The notes under the pieces: model-generated
The model's database searches: none
What the model was told of the DNA's origin: nothing
What the model saw: only the letters and a program-made list of their open reading frames with translations
DNA from: a virus
Taxonomy: Duplodnaviria; Caudoviricetes
IMG/VR virus record: IMGVR_UViG_3300009111_000009
Coordinates: 1 to 38,902 of that record
Direction: 5' to 3' (one strand)
Length of the DNA stretch: 38,902 bases
Shown: in pieces, positions 10,505 through 19,124 of the stretch
How positions within the stretch are numbered: position 1 is the first letter of the stretch
Layout: each line of letters opens with the position of its first letter
Position numbers and translations under genes: made by a program

Positions 10505-11527
10505 TTAAGTGATCACCCCATTACGGATGATTTCACAGGTTGCGCTATCACCAAACCCCACCTCACCCGGCAAACCAAACCTTGACAGGTATTGAGGTGC
10601 CCCATCTTTCATGCGATATAACGAGCTTGCCGGTCCAGAGGCGTCGAACCTGATCCGCTCCTTGGTCAGGGGGACAAGCCGTCCACCCACCCCAGCATAA
10701 ATGCCGTCCCGAGCAGTCCAGATCGGTACGTCACTCAACCCCCTGAACGTGGTGGCATACTGCAAACTCCCGGATAATGCCCCGTTTCCTATCTCGGTAA
10801 ACGGCATATCCGTAGGGTCAAAACCGATACCAAACCACGTTCTGGAAGCGGAAGCGAAATACATCCCTTCCGGGGTCTGGGCGATCATCGTCAATGATTC
10901 CGAGAATTCGAGGAAGCTTTCCGGCCTATACAATTCATAGGCTAGGGGAGGGTCGTTATAGTAAACCCGGTTTCCCACGGTTCCCCATATCCGGCTCCCG
11001 CATCGGCACAGATTCTCCATGCAGGGGGCCGGGATGGCGTTAAGGGTCAGCATCATTTCAGAGGTGTAGTAATCGCTAAGATCTGACGGATCGTCGCTAT
11101 ACATGGCTCCCCATGGACGCAACACGGTATAGTCGTAGACGCCATTCCAGATCCGCGAGGACAGATAGATACGCCCAGGCAAGACAACACTGGAAACCGG
11201 ATACCCCCCGCCCCTGATAGGACCGATTTCAGTCAATGCCTTATCCACGGTTATCTTCCACAGGCTTTCCAAGGATGCGGTCCCTGTTGCTATGCAAAAC
11301 AAATCAAGGCCGTCAGTGAAAACAGAATGCGCCCCCGGCAGAGCAAGCCATTGATCGAAACCGGGGCGCTTAACAAGCTTCTGGTCGTCGGTCACATCCA
11401 TATTGAGGATTGCTTTGTAGGGAGACTGGCGAGATACGTTGTCCATGCCGGGAAACAAATCAATGGTGATCTGTTTCGATCTCAATCCAGCAGCCGCATC
11501 AACGCCTAATGACTGTCTTGCTCTCAT
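10505..11527 (-). CDS. Tail nozzle/stabilization-like beta-propeller protein
   Basis: F.GMDN...NMD...LVKRPG N-terminal motif of podovirus tail tubular B-like proteins; directly follows the adaptor gene. Confidence 0.6.
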   Translation of the reverse strand: MRARQSLGVDAAAGLRSKQITIDLFPGMDNVSRQSPYKAILNMDVTDDQKLVKRPGFDQWLALPGAHSVFTDGLDLFCIATGTASLESLWKITVDKALTEIGPIRGGGYPVSSVVLPGRIYLSSRIWNGVYDYTVLRPWGAMYSDDPSDLSDYYTSEMMLTLNAIPAPCMENLCRCGSRIWGTVGNRVYYNDPPLAYELYRPESFLEFSESLTMIAQTPEGMYFASASRTWFGIGFDPTDMPFTEIGNGALSGSLQYATTFRGLSDVPIWTARDGIYAGVGGRLVPLTKERIRFDASGPASSLYRMKDGAPQYLSRFGLPGEVGFGDSATCEIIRNGVIT

Positions 11528-12225
11528 AGGAAAGCTCCACGCGGTCTATTGGTATGAATCCCTGACAACCTGCGGTGTGTTTCGATTTTGATCTCGTCGA
11601 TACGCGCCAAAAACTTTTTGGCGTAGTAGTCCGCAAGATCGGGGCGGTCGGTTTCGGCGTCTTTCTTGAGAAAAGCAAGGTGAAGTATCCAAGGGATCAG
11701 ATCCTCTCCGTACTCTTCCCGGATTCCCAAGGCTTCCGATTTAGCGGTACAGGTAAGTTGAGACAAGGGAAGTCGATAAACCGTGAGAGAGGCGGTGTCG
11801 TTCGTGTCCGGGGTCGGAATCAGCCGGATCTTGTCTGTGTCCAGATCGGGGCAATATGCCCATGGTGGCCCGGCGTCGGCTCCTTCCCAGTCGTAGCAAT
11901 AGGTGTCAAGTTCGTCTGCATAGACCCTTGAAAGAGGCACCGATTGTGAGGCAAGCTTAACCCTGACGATTTCCAAAATCTTCGGACTAAGAGCGTAAGA
12001 AGCGGTGTTTGCAACAACCGTTAACTGGCAAAGAGGTAAATTGGCCGCGTCGAGATGGGAGGTGGAGTCCACAACAAGCCTGCGGCACAGGATAAAAAGT
12101 TTGTTCCTGGCGGCGTTAGCGTAGTCGTCGATCAATTCGGCGTCTTCCCACAAACGCTGTTCAGACGTTCCAAGTTCGTCCCGCAGTCGATGCCTGACAG
12201 ATCTTAACAAGTCCTGGACGAGCAT
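11524..12225 (-). CDS. Head-tail adaptor protein
   Basis: LLRSVRHRLRD...W.D.EL..Y.N.A, G.P..Y, IRLIPTPD, L..W..HLAFLK.D.ET pattern of podovirus adaptors. Confidence 0.75.
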   Translation of the reverse strand: MLVQDLLRSVRHRLRDELGTSEQRLWEDAELIDDYANAARNKLFILCRRLVVDSTSHLDAANLPLCQLTVVANTASYALSPKILEIVRVKLASQSVPLSRVYADELDTYCYDWEGADAGPPWAYCPDLDTDKIRLIPTPDTNDTASLTVYRLPLSQLTCTAKSEALGIREEYGEDLIPWILHLAFLKKDAETDRPDLADYYAKKFLARIDEIKIETHRRLSGIHTNRPRGAFL

Positions 12226-12226
12226 A

Positions 12227-12535
12227 TCACTTCACCTTTGACTTCAACTTCTTCAGGAAAATGTCCAATTGCTGCTTTGTGTTTTCCAGCCCCCGAATCC
12301 GGGGGCCGATTGGTTTGTCATTCTGGTCAACAATCCCGTACCATCCGTTAAGGTGCTCCACTATCCGTAATGATGCCGTCGCTTCTCCTTGGAGATTTTC
12401 AACCGGTATCTCGGGCTCAACGGTTTTCAGGGGATAAAACGGGACCATATCCCCCCTCTCCGCAAGCAATGGAGTCCAGATGTGGTAATCCCATACGGGC
12501 GCATTCGGAAGCTTCAGAAATTCGGGATGAGTCAT
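12227..12535 (-). CDS. Hypothetical head-module protein
   Basis: 102 aa, tightly packed in the operon. Confidence 0.6.
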   Translation of the reverse strand: MTHPEFLKLPNAPVWDYHIWTPLLAERGDMVPFYPLKTVEPEIPVENLQGEATASLRIVEHLNGWYGIVDQNDKPIGPRIRGLENTKQQLDIFLKKLKSKVK

Positions 12536-12546
12536 TACTTGTCCCC

Positions 12547-12897
12547 CTATTCAGGTTCGATATAGCCCACAACCGTCACGTTGCCGCCTGTTCCGCCAGC
12601 CGCGCCAGATAGAACAACTTTGATCTGATAATCATAATCAAAGGGAACAAGACCAAATGCCGGTGTAGTGAGAGAGTCAATCCGGTTAGTAGTATTTTTC
12701 GTGAGAGCACTACTTGACCACACAACATAACCGTCAACATCAAGGATGCTGACCGTAGCGGTAACGCTATTGGTAAAGTCAGCTACCAGAACGATCAACA
12801 TGTGGCAAAAACCGTTCTCCTGTACCTTTTGAGTCAAAGTGGTAACAGTACCGTCAAATGCCAATATATTTTTAATCCTAGTCATTGGTTCCCCCAA
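12547..12897 (-). CDS. Small beta-rich virion protein
   Basis: 116 aa, Thr/Val/Gly-rich; start may be 12885. Confidence 0.55.
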   Translation of the reverse strand: MGEPMTRIKNILAFDGTVTTLTQKVQENGFCHMLIVLVADFTNSVTATVSILDVDGYVVWSSSALTKNTTNRIDSLTTPAFGLVPFDYDYQIKVVLSGAAGGTGGNVTVVGYIEPE

Positions 12898-12900
12898 GGC

Positions 12901-12926
12901 AAGGGAGGGGAGCTTTCCCCTCCCTT
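12901..12926 (-). terminator. Intergenic hairpin (terminator or processing site)
   Basis: AAGGGAGGGGA-gctt-TCCCCTCCCTT inverted repeat; weak U-tract. Confidence 0.5.
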
Positions 12927-12933
12927 CCTATAA

Positions 12934-13950
12934 TCAAGCGGTTCTCACGATATAAAGCGTCACAACCATTGAACCAGCGGAGATCGACGTGAAGTCCGCG
13001 CCGCCCGTTACGGTAACCCGAGCAGTCGTAGCCGCCGCACAATAGCTGGTTGCTACCGCTGAAGCGCTACCCACTTCAGTGGAACTCGTCAAAACAGAGT
13101 TGGCTGTATTGGCCGAAAAATTCGCCACTCCTCCCGAGATCCCAACTTCAATGGTTGCAGTCGTATCTCCGGAGAAACCGGTCGTTACCACGGCTTTCCA
13201 ACCAAGAACGATGGAATGAGCCGGGATCTGGGTCGTGATGTCGATATAGCCAGTGGCGTTCGTATTGTCAGTGAAAGCCGAGAACAGCAGCGCTTGGGAA
13301 GTAATGGCGGCGACCTTCGGATAAGCCAGAGTAACAACCCCGGCGTTTGTCATCGTTGCATCACCACTCAAAACGTGAGCCGCACACGTAGTCGCCGCGC
13401 CCTGACCGATAACAATTGATCCTGACGTGCTATTGTCGATAGCGGTGACATCACCAGAGGTTGTCGTGCCCCCGAGAACTGTCCCGGCAGCGGCGGCGAT
13501 CATGGTATTCACAACCTTTTTCGCGCCTATAGTCACGGCACCAGCGTTAGACATAGTGACATCGCCGGAAACCGCGACTGACGTTATGGTCGTGCCATTG
13601 CCGACCAAGATCTGGCCATCGGTTTTCGCGCTCAAAGCCGCAGCAACACCAGAGCTGTTGCCAACCAAAACGCTCCCCTCGGCTAAGGTTATTTCCCCGG
13701 CAGTTACGGTCCCAAGCAGACTGAATGTGCAGGAAGTCGTGGACCCGGTGTTCTCATACAGCCCACTCGCGCTGGCATCGGTCTTGATAAAAATACATCC
13801 CTTCGCATACCCAGCCGCAGCAGACGGTGCGGAAGTGCCGGAACATTGAAGGATATTCCCGCTTGCATCCTTTGAAAGAACTGTAACAGCGCCATTGCTA
13901 GCGCCTTCCATTGTCAGTTCGCCTACGGAAAACCATTGTTTCCTTGCCAT
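12934..13950 (-). CDS. Head/tail fiber-like structural protein with internal repeats
   Basis: Repeats G.[IV]L[VI]GN and SGD[VA]TM[ST]NAG.VT occur twice; Gly/Ala/Thr/Ser-rich; C-terminal jelly-roll-like domain. Confidence 0.7.
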   Translation of the reverse strand: MARKQWFSVGELTMEGASNGAVTVLSKDASGNILQCSGTSAPSAAAGYAKGCIFIKTDASASGLYENTGSTTSCTFSLLGTVTAGEITLAEGSVLVGNSSGVAAALSAKTDGQILVGNGTTITSVAVSGDVTMSNAGAVTIGAKKVVNTMIAAAAGTVLGGTTTSGDVTAIDNSTSGSIVIGQGAATTCAAHVLSGDATMTNAGVVTLAYPKVAAITSQALLFSAFTDNTNATGYIDITTQIPAHSIVLGWKAVVTTGFSGDTTATIEVGISGGVANFSANTANSVLTSSTEVGSASAVATSYCAAATTARVTVTGGADFTSISAGSMVVTLYIVRTA

Positions 13951-13988
13951 GTTGAACTCCTCTCCGCTCCTTATGCGGAATAGACTTG

Positions 13989-14015
13989 AGGGAGGGCGAT
14001 AACACCCTCCCTCCC
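13989..14015 (-). terminator. Intergenic hairpin
   Basis: AGGGAGGG...CCCTCCCT inverted repeat right after the decoration gene stop. Confidence 0.45.
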
Positions 14016-14019
14016 TAGA

Positions 14020-14466
14020 TTAATTGCAGTCAATACAGACGGCAGAGATCCTGAACTTCGGGCCTGCCGTAATTGCCGTAGCAACCGTATACGCAACATC
14101 AATAGAATCCGCCGTGGCGTAATAAGTGCCCATGGTTTCTCCGACTGCGTAGGTATCAGTCCCGACAAGCGAGGTATAGATGGTACCAGCCGCGCCTTTA
14201 TGATCTTCTGAAGCATCCCAACCAGTCGTTGCGCTACCATCGCCAACCGTTGCCGTAAGAGTAGTGCCTACAGCGGCGGTCAGCATGTGGACTCGCACTT
14301 GCGAAACCACGGTGCCAGCCGGAATCGCAAGGCATTGGTAGGTGTCGGTTGACATTGCTTGAGCAGTCAGATCGACAGTATTGGAAATTACATACGTTTT
14401 ATTGAGCCCGGCATACGGGATCTTTCCGTAGGTAGGTCCGCATCCGGTCTTGTCAATTGTTGCCAT
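14020..14466 (-). CDS. Capsid decoration/cement protein
   Basis: 148 aa, IPAGTVV...TVGDG motif, directly after the major capsid gene; GGAGG RBS. Confidence 0.7.
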   Translation of the reverse strand: MATIDKTGCGPTYGKIPYAGLNKTYVISNTVDLTAQAMSTDTYQCLAIPAGTVVSQVRVHMLTAAVGTTLTATVGDGSATTGWDASEDHKGAAGTIYTSLVGTDTYAVGETMGTYYATADSIDVAYTVATAITAGPKFRISAVCIDCN

Positions 14467-14523
14467 TTTCAGCCTCCTGGGTAAGGGGGGTCTGTCGGGA
14501 TTCCGGTAGACCCCTGTTATGGT

Positions 14524-15462
14524 TTAGGACTTGTAGCAGTACAGGACGCCCAAGGATTCAGGCTTGATGGTTTTCCAGTCATAAACCTGGAGACCTTTCA
14601 TGCCCTTACCGAAGGTTGTTTCCAGCTTTTCGAAGTACTCGGTTTCGACGAGCTGGCTGACAAAGCAGATCCCCGACTTATGGCCGAACAGCACGTTGTA
14701 TGCGCTATGACCGGTATCACTGACTGCGGTGTAGAGGTTGGTGCCGTAGAGAGTCCAACGGTCGAGCATGCCAAGGCGTCCGGTACGGAGAGTTGATTTC
14801 CCGTCGCCGGTCATGCTGGCATCCTTAAGGTCAGACTGCTTGAGGAGGACGGAAGCCCAGGTCGGAAGCACGATGTAGCGGTCGCTTTCCGGCCAGTTCT
14901 GTTCGTCGGCAACACCACCGAGATTGATGATCAGGTCGATGATGTTGGTCTTGGTGATCGCCACGGGAGTAGTTGTGGTGCCGAGGTTGTAGGAAGAGGT
15001 CTTCCGACCTGCGGTTGATCCCTTATTGGCAGCGGCAGCGTCGGCATAGACCGAACCGAGGAATTCGGTGTCGATGTAAATCTTCTGCTGTTCGGCGGCA
15101 TCCTGAGCACAAATATCCATGTAGTTCTTGAGGAGGAACTGTTTGATATCAATCTTGTCCATTTTGAATGCAAACTGAATGGCGCGATTGACAACCAGTT
15201 CAACAGCCGGAGATTCGGCTAGTTGCCAATTGGTTGTTGAGCCTTTGGTGTACTTGGTGACGGAAATATCAGGGATTGTGTTGATTATTACTTTGTCTCC
15301 CTGACCTGTAACATCACCTTCATAGTCAGTATTGGTGATGTTGGGGACGATACTGGAGTCATAAAACTTCAGGATAGTCTTTTTACTGAACGCCCAAGGG
15401 ATGTTCTTATTGGTCCCTGCTTGGGTATAATCGGGATATCCCGGAACAGTGGCGACGGACAT
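14524..15462 (-). CDS. Major capsid protein
   Basis: IP..[FW]S.K...KFY...ITNTDYEG.....GDKV.I and G..GL.VY..K.IKPE motifs; position after scaffold. Confidence 0.9.
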   Translation of the reverse strand: MSVATVPGYPDYTQAGTNKNIPWAFSKKTILKFYDSSIVPNITNTDYEGDVTGQGDKVIINTIPDISVTKYTKGSTTNWQLAESPAVELVVNRAIQFAFKMDKIDIKQFLLKNYMDICAQDAAEQQKIYIDTEFLGSVYADAAAANKGSTAGRKTSSYNLGTTTTPVAITKTNIIDLIINLGGVADEQNWPESDRYIVLPTWASVLLKQSDLKDASMTGDGKSTLRTGRLGMLDRWTLYGTNLYTAVSDTGHSAYNVLFGHKSGICFVSQLVETEYFEKLETTFGKGMKGLQVYDWKTIKPESLGVLYCYKS

Positions 15463-15473
15463 GGTAACTCTCC

Positions 15474-16454
15474 TTATGTAACCCTGCCCTCAATAATGGC
15501 TTTATTGTATTCCGCATCCATGGCGGTTTTTTCCTCAAGAGTTCCTTTGAAGGTTCCCTTGACTACTGCATCATAAAAGCGGTTTACTTCAGCCTGAGAG
15601 TAGGTCTTTGGTTGGGTTGAGTCGGGTAAGGAACTTCCCTTACCCGTCTTATTCGGGTCGATGTACTGATTGATGTCGGCTGGCTTTTGGGCGGGAGCCG
15701 GAGCAGCGGGTTTAGGTAGAGAAGCTTTGAACAGGTTGAAGATCTCAACTATCTTTCTGGCGTTTCCTGTTTGCTGATACTGCTGAATCAGGTCGTCATA
15801 GGTGTAGTCGGTCCCCGGTATTGCCTGCTCAATGAAGGCGGTGAAGGCTGGGTTCTGCGGGATGTTTTCAGCAGCCCATCCATTGATCTGTTTCCAGTCA
15901 GGGCACCCCATGGTGATCGTATTGAAGAACTGTTCCCCAGCGGTTTGAGCCTGGGCTTGTTCTACTTTTGCGATCCGCTCTGCATAAGGCTTCAAATGTT
16001 CCTGCAACTTGCCTTCCGAACCTGCCTGTCGCTCAATCAACGATTTCACGACATCGGCTACTTCCTTGCCTACATCATCAACCAACAATTTGTAGGTATC
16101 GGAGGTCATTAACGGTTCGGGAGTTACTGCGGGTTCATTGTTAGCTGGTGCCTGTCTTAACTCCTCTTTCAACTCCTTCATTTCTCGGTTGAGCTGGTTG
16201 AACATGCCCTGCAAAGTTGCATATTTGGCTTTCCAAGTAGGATTGTTCTCGTCCGCAAGCTGTGCTTTCAATCTGTCGCTTTCAGCTTTAAGGATGTCGA
16301 TATCCGGTGCTGGTGCCTGCTGGTCTTCAGGGGGGGCACTTCCCTCCGGGACTACTCCTGTATCAGGTGTCCCTTCTGGAGGGGGCGGAGCCATTAATCC
16401 ATCCAAAAACTCATCCGCTTCCGCTGCTGCTGTTGTCATTCTGTTCAAACTCAT
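15474..16454 (-). CDS. Capsid scaffolding protein
   Basis: Acidic Pro-rich N-terminus, WKAKYATLQGMFN coiled coil, PDW..IN, C-terminal AIIEGRV. I prefer ATG 16454 (GGGAGG RBS) over 16487. Confidence 0.8.
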   Translation of the reverse strand: MSLNRMTTAAAEADEFLDGLMAPPPPEGTPDTGVVPEGSAPPEDQQAPAPDIDILKAESDRLKAQLADENNPTWKAKYATLQGMFNQLNREMKELKEELRQAPANNEPAVTPEPLMTSDTYKLLVDDVGKEVADVVKSLIERQAGSEGKLQEHLKPYAERIAKVEQAQAQTAGEQFFNTITMGCPDWKQINGWAAENIPQNPAFTAFIEQAIPGTDYTYDDLIQQYQQTGNARKIVEIFNLFKASLPKPAAPAPAQKPADINQYIDPNKTGKGSSLPDSTQPKTYSQAEVNRFYDAVVKGTFKGTLEEKTAMDAEYNKAIIEGRVT

Positions 16455-16557
16455 TGATGCCTCCCGGCTCGGCTTTACGGTCGCCATGTTTTGGTCGGGT
16501 CTCCACAGAGTATCCCGTTACTTATCCACAGAGTGTCTGTGTTAAAAGGTAAAAAAA

Positions 16558-16794
16558 TTAACGCTTTACGGCGTTGTACTCCTTTCTGGCGTTATCAATA
16601 CTGTTCAGAAATGTCTCTAGGGCTTGCGCCATTCCCTGTCCCCACCTTAGCCTGACCTCATCTTGGAGCATGGTGTTGGTATGAAGCTGGTCGTTATACC
16701 CCTGACGGACCCACTTGATCACAATTTGAAAATCAGGTGAGGTTTCCAGGTTAATAACAGCCCTTAAAAACATTTCATATTCGCTGTTTATCAA
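16558..16794 (-). CDS. Small helical protein following portal
   Basis: 78 aa, R..QG.AQAL motif typical of the post-portal gene in podoviruses. Confidence 0.65.
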   Translation of the reverse strand: MINSEYEMFLRAVINLETSPDFQIVIKWVRQGYNDQLHTNTMLQDEVRLRWGQGMAQALETFLNSIDNARKEYNAVKR

Positions 16795-18857
16795 CGTCGC
16801 TCCTGTTGAAACAGATTGCTTTCCCCGCCACCAGCGGGGTTACCCGCCGCATCCGTTGCTGTTGGGGCCTCGCCTTGCTGGGGAGGTCCAGGCGGGGGCA
16901 GCATGGATTCAGGTGGCATCTTCTCGATCTCGGCCAGATTCGGCAGCGCACGGGCGGGGTCCATCTCAAGCGATTTTATGTTTTCGCCCAAAATGTAAGC
17001 CCGGCCTTTGATCCCCATGATCTGCTGATCTATCGGGTTCATCGTCTCTGCCAAGAATTCCTTACGCCGCATGGCAAGCTGATCCTTGACAACCAAAGTG
17101 CTGGAACCACGGGGCTTGACAGTCAGAGATCCCTTGATCGAATCATCGTCAACAAAGCGCATGTTGTGCGTAAACAGCCGCTCAATCACCGGGATCGTTA
17201 TATCCTGGTCAACGTTCGCAACCGCCAGCTTGATATTCCTGCTTGCGGCTGACATAAGCATCGCCAGTCCGGATGAAGTGTTGCCAGCGCCTTGGACATT
17301 GGCGTCACCATGCCCGTAAGCGGGGACAACCAGATCGTCCGCCTCCCGTTTGAACTTTTCGTAGACCAGGAGGAGATCCTTGGCCAAAAGGTTCGCCTGA
17401 TAGAACCGGACAGCCGGTCCCTCCTGCATTCTTTTGTTGGTTGTCTGGATTACTTTGTGCGGCCAGATGTCAGGAGTCTCGCCTGCTGCCAGACGCTCGA
17501 TGTCGATCTCTGTCAAGGGTCCGGAAGAGGTCGCTACGTTGTTGACTAGGGCGCGGACAGTGGCGTTACAGATAGATTGGATGTCTTCCATGAACTCGGC
17601 AGGGCATTCACCGAACTGAGAATCGTTGGATTTGCTGAAAGAGGTCACCCCATAGGGTTTTCTGCCCAGCGGGTCGGGGTTTAACACTGCTTTTATGACG
17701 TGCCTGCCAACCATTTTGCCATTGATCTGGTAATCCAGATCCGGGTCGGGCACCTCTTCAGGGGTCATACCCCATTCCAGCAGCATTTTGCCCTGAACCT
17801 GTCCCCAGTAGTTCAAAAGGTCTATTTTGTCGGTTTTTTTGTCGAAAAAGCCGGTATTATTGTCTTTTTCGAGCTGAAAACGCTCCTGATCTATGGGTGT
17901 TGTCTCATGATAACCTTGCGAATATTCGTTAAGAGCAGCCCTAATTTCGTCATCTTTGTAGCCAGGAACGCCCAAAAGCTTGCTAAAATCGCTCCTCGTG
18001 AGGTGTTCAACCTCGACTGCATCACCGTCGTCCACGCCAATACTATTTGCTGCTGGATACCAGTCAAACGGCGAAACTCTTTCGAACTCAAGGCGTACCT
18101 CCTCTACCACTTGCGCCTCAAATTTCCCGGTTGTTTGGTGCGGAACGTACTTCAACGTCTTTGCCATGCGGAAAATCGGGCCTTTCATGACGCAAATCTT
18201 CATCCTGGACAGATCGCAGATACATGCCTTGAACGCCTGATGCCATCCGCCCTGGTCGAGTTGTTTGAGGATCAGTTGCTCCATGTTGGTGGACCGCTCC
18301 TCGGCCAGTTGTTGAGCCCGGAGGAGCACCGACTTCTTGATTTCTTCCTCCATACCCTGCATTACGGAGGTCAGCATCTCGGTACTCGGCGGGAGTCCGG
18401 ATTGTTGGGCTTGAGCAACAACCTGCTGGACTGCCGCCTGCCTGACCTGCTGCTGTATGATCGCCAAAACATCGGGAGGGATGTCGGCAATAGGCTCCGG
18501 CTCGATATCCCAAGTGCGATCACCCCACGGGTTAAGCACGTCGGTGATCTGCGCCTCACAATCCCGGACTTTATGCATCGTCAAGCGGATGAAATCGTCT
18601 GATCCGCCCATTTCCTGGATAGCGCTCAACTTATCAGGCTCGTATTCACCCTTGATCTGGCGCAAGGTGGAGATCATTTCCTGCTCGATCTGGAGTTTTG
18701 CGGTTTTGGCTGACTGAAAAAAGTCCTGAATATGGGAAGCGAGGCTGATTAAAGGTTGAGTTGCGGGACGTGCGGCGAGTATCTGGTCGTCATGCATCTT
18801 ATCCAGTTGATCATTGGATAACCATTTTACGACACCATTTGGATCTAATCCGGCCAT
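16791..18857 (-). CDS. Portal protein
   Basis: 688 aa between terL and scaffold; ERVSPFDWYP, VLNPDPLGRKPY, RALVNN...SGP, TSSGLAMLM motifs; Pro/Gln tail. Confidence 0.9.
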   Translation of the reverse strand: MAGLDPNGVVKWLSNDQLDKMHDDQILAARPATQPLISLASHIQDFFQSAKTAKLQIEQEMISTLRQIKGEYEPDKLSAIQEMGGSDDFIRLTMHKVRDCEAQITDVLNPWGDRTWDIEPEPIADIPPDVLAIIQQQVRQAAVQQVVAQAQQSGLPPSTEMLTSVMQGMEEEIKKSVLLRAQQLAEERSTNMEQLILKQLDQGGWHQAFKACICDLSRMKICVMKGPIFRMAKTLKYVPHQTTGKFEAQVVEEVRLEFERVSPFDWYPAANSIGVDDGDAVEVEHLTRSDFSKLLGVPGYKDDEIRAALNEYSQGYHETTPIDQERFQLEKDNNTGFFDKKTDKIDLLNYWGQVQGKMLLEWGMTPEEVPDPDLDYQINGKMVGRHVIKAVLNPDPLGRKPYGVTSFSKSNDSQFGECPAEFMEDIQSICNATVRALVNNVATSSGPLTEIDIERLAAGETPDIWPHKVIQTTNKRMQEGPAVRFYQANLLAKDLLLVYEKFKREADDLVVPAYGHGDANVQGAGNTSSGLAMLMSAASRNIKLAVANVDQDITIPVIERLFTHNMRFVDDDSIKGSLTVKPRGSSTLVVKDQLAMRRKEFLAETMNPIDQQIMGIKGRAYILGENIKSLEMDPARALPNLAEIEKMPPESMLPPPGPPQQGEAPTATDAAGNPAGGGESNLFQQERR

Positions 18858-18874
18858 CGTTGCTCCAAAATGGT

Positions 18875-18968
18875 GAAAGCCCAGTCTTAACAGCAGGGGG
18901 GAACCTCTGTTAACGACTGGGCTTTCTAGTACGTCCCCCGGCGAGTAGGGACGGTAAAAGGGAACCAG
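18875..18968 (-). promoter_or_regulatory. Structured leader/attenuator upstream of portal
   Basis: 12-bp GAAAGCCCAGTC/GACTGGGCTTTC plus 7-bp TTAACAG/CTGTTAA hairpin, preceded by a CTGGT/ACTAG and CGTCCC/GGGACG stem-loop. Confidence 0.6.
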
Positions 18969-19124
18969 CTATCTATATTGAGTTGTGAATTCTATTGCAC
19001 CAATTGTTCTTTCGGGAGTGATGTAGATTGTCAGTTTACCTTCCCTAATTGGTAACAGTTTAATGCTTTCCAAGGTTTTAGCAAGTATTTTTTTATCATC
19101 TTTTGTCAATGGATGCAATCTCAT
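18969..19124 (-). CDS. 51-aa small protein coupled to terL (helix plus beta hairpin; DUF2292/YezD-like shape)
   Basis: Not in ORF track. ATG overlaps the terL stop (ATGA). MRLHPLTKDDKKILAKTLESIKLLPIREGKLTIYITPERTIGAIEFTTQYR. Confidence 0.7.
   Translation of the reverse strand: MRLHPLTKDDKKILAKTLESIKLLPIREGKLTIYITPERTIGAIEFTTQYR

Noticed and set aside
16522-16530. Perfect DnaA box TTATCCACA
   Set aside because: Single copy, explained by the scaffold leader repeat.
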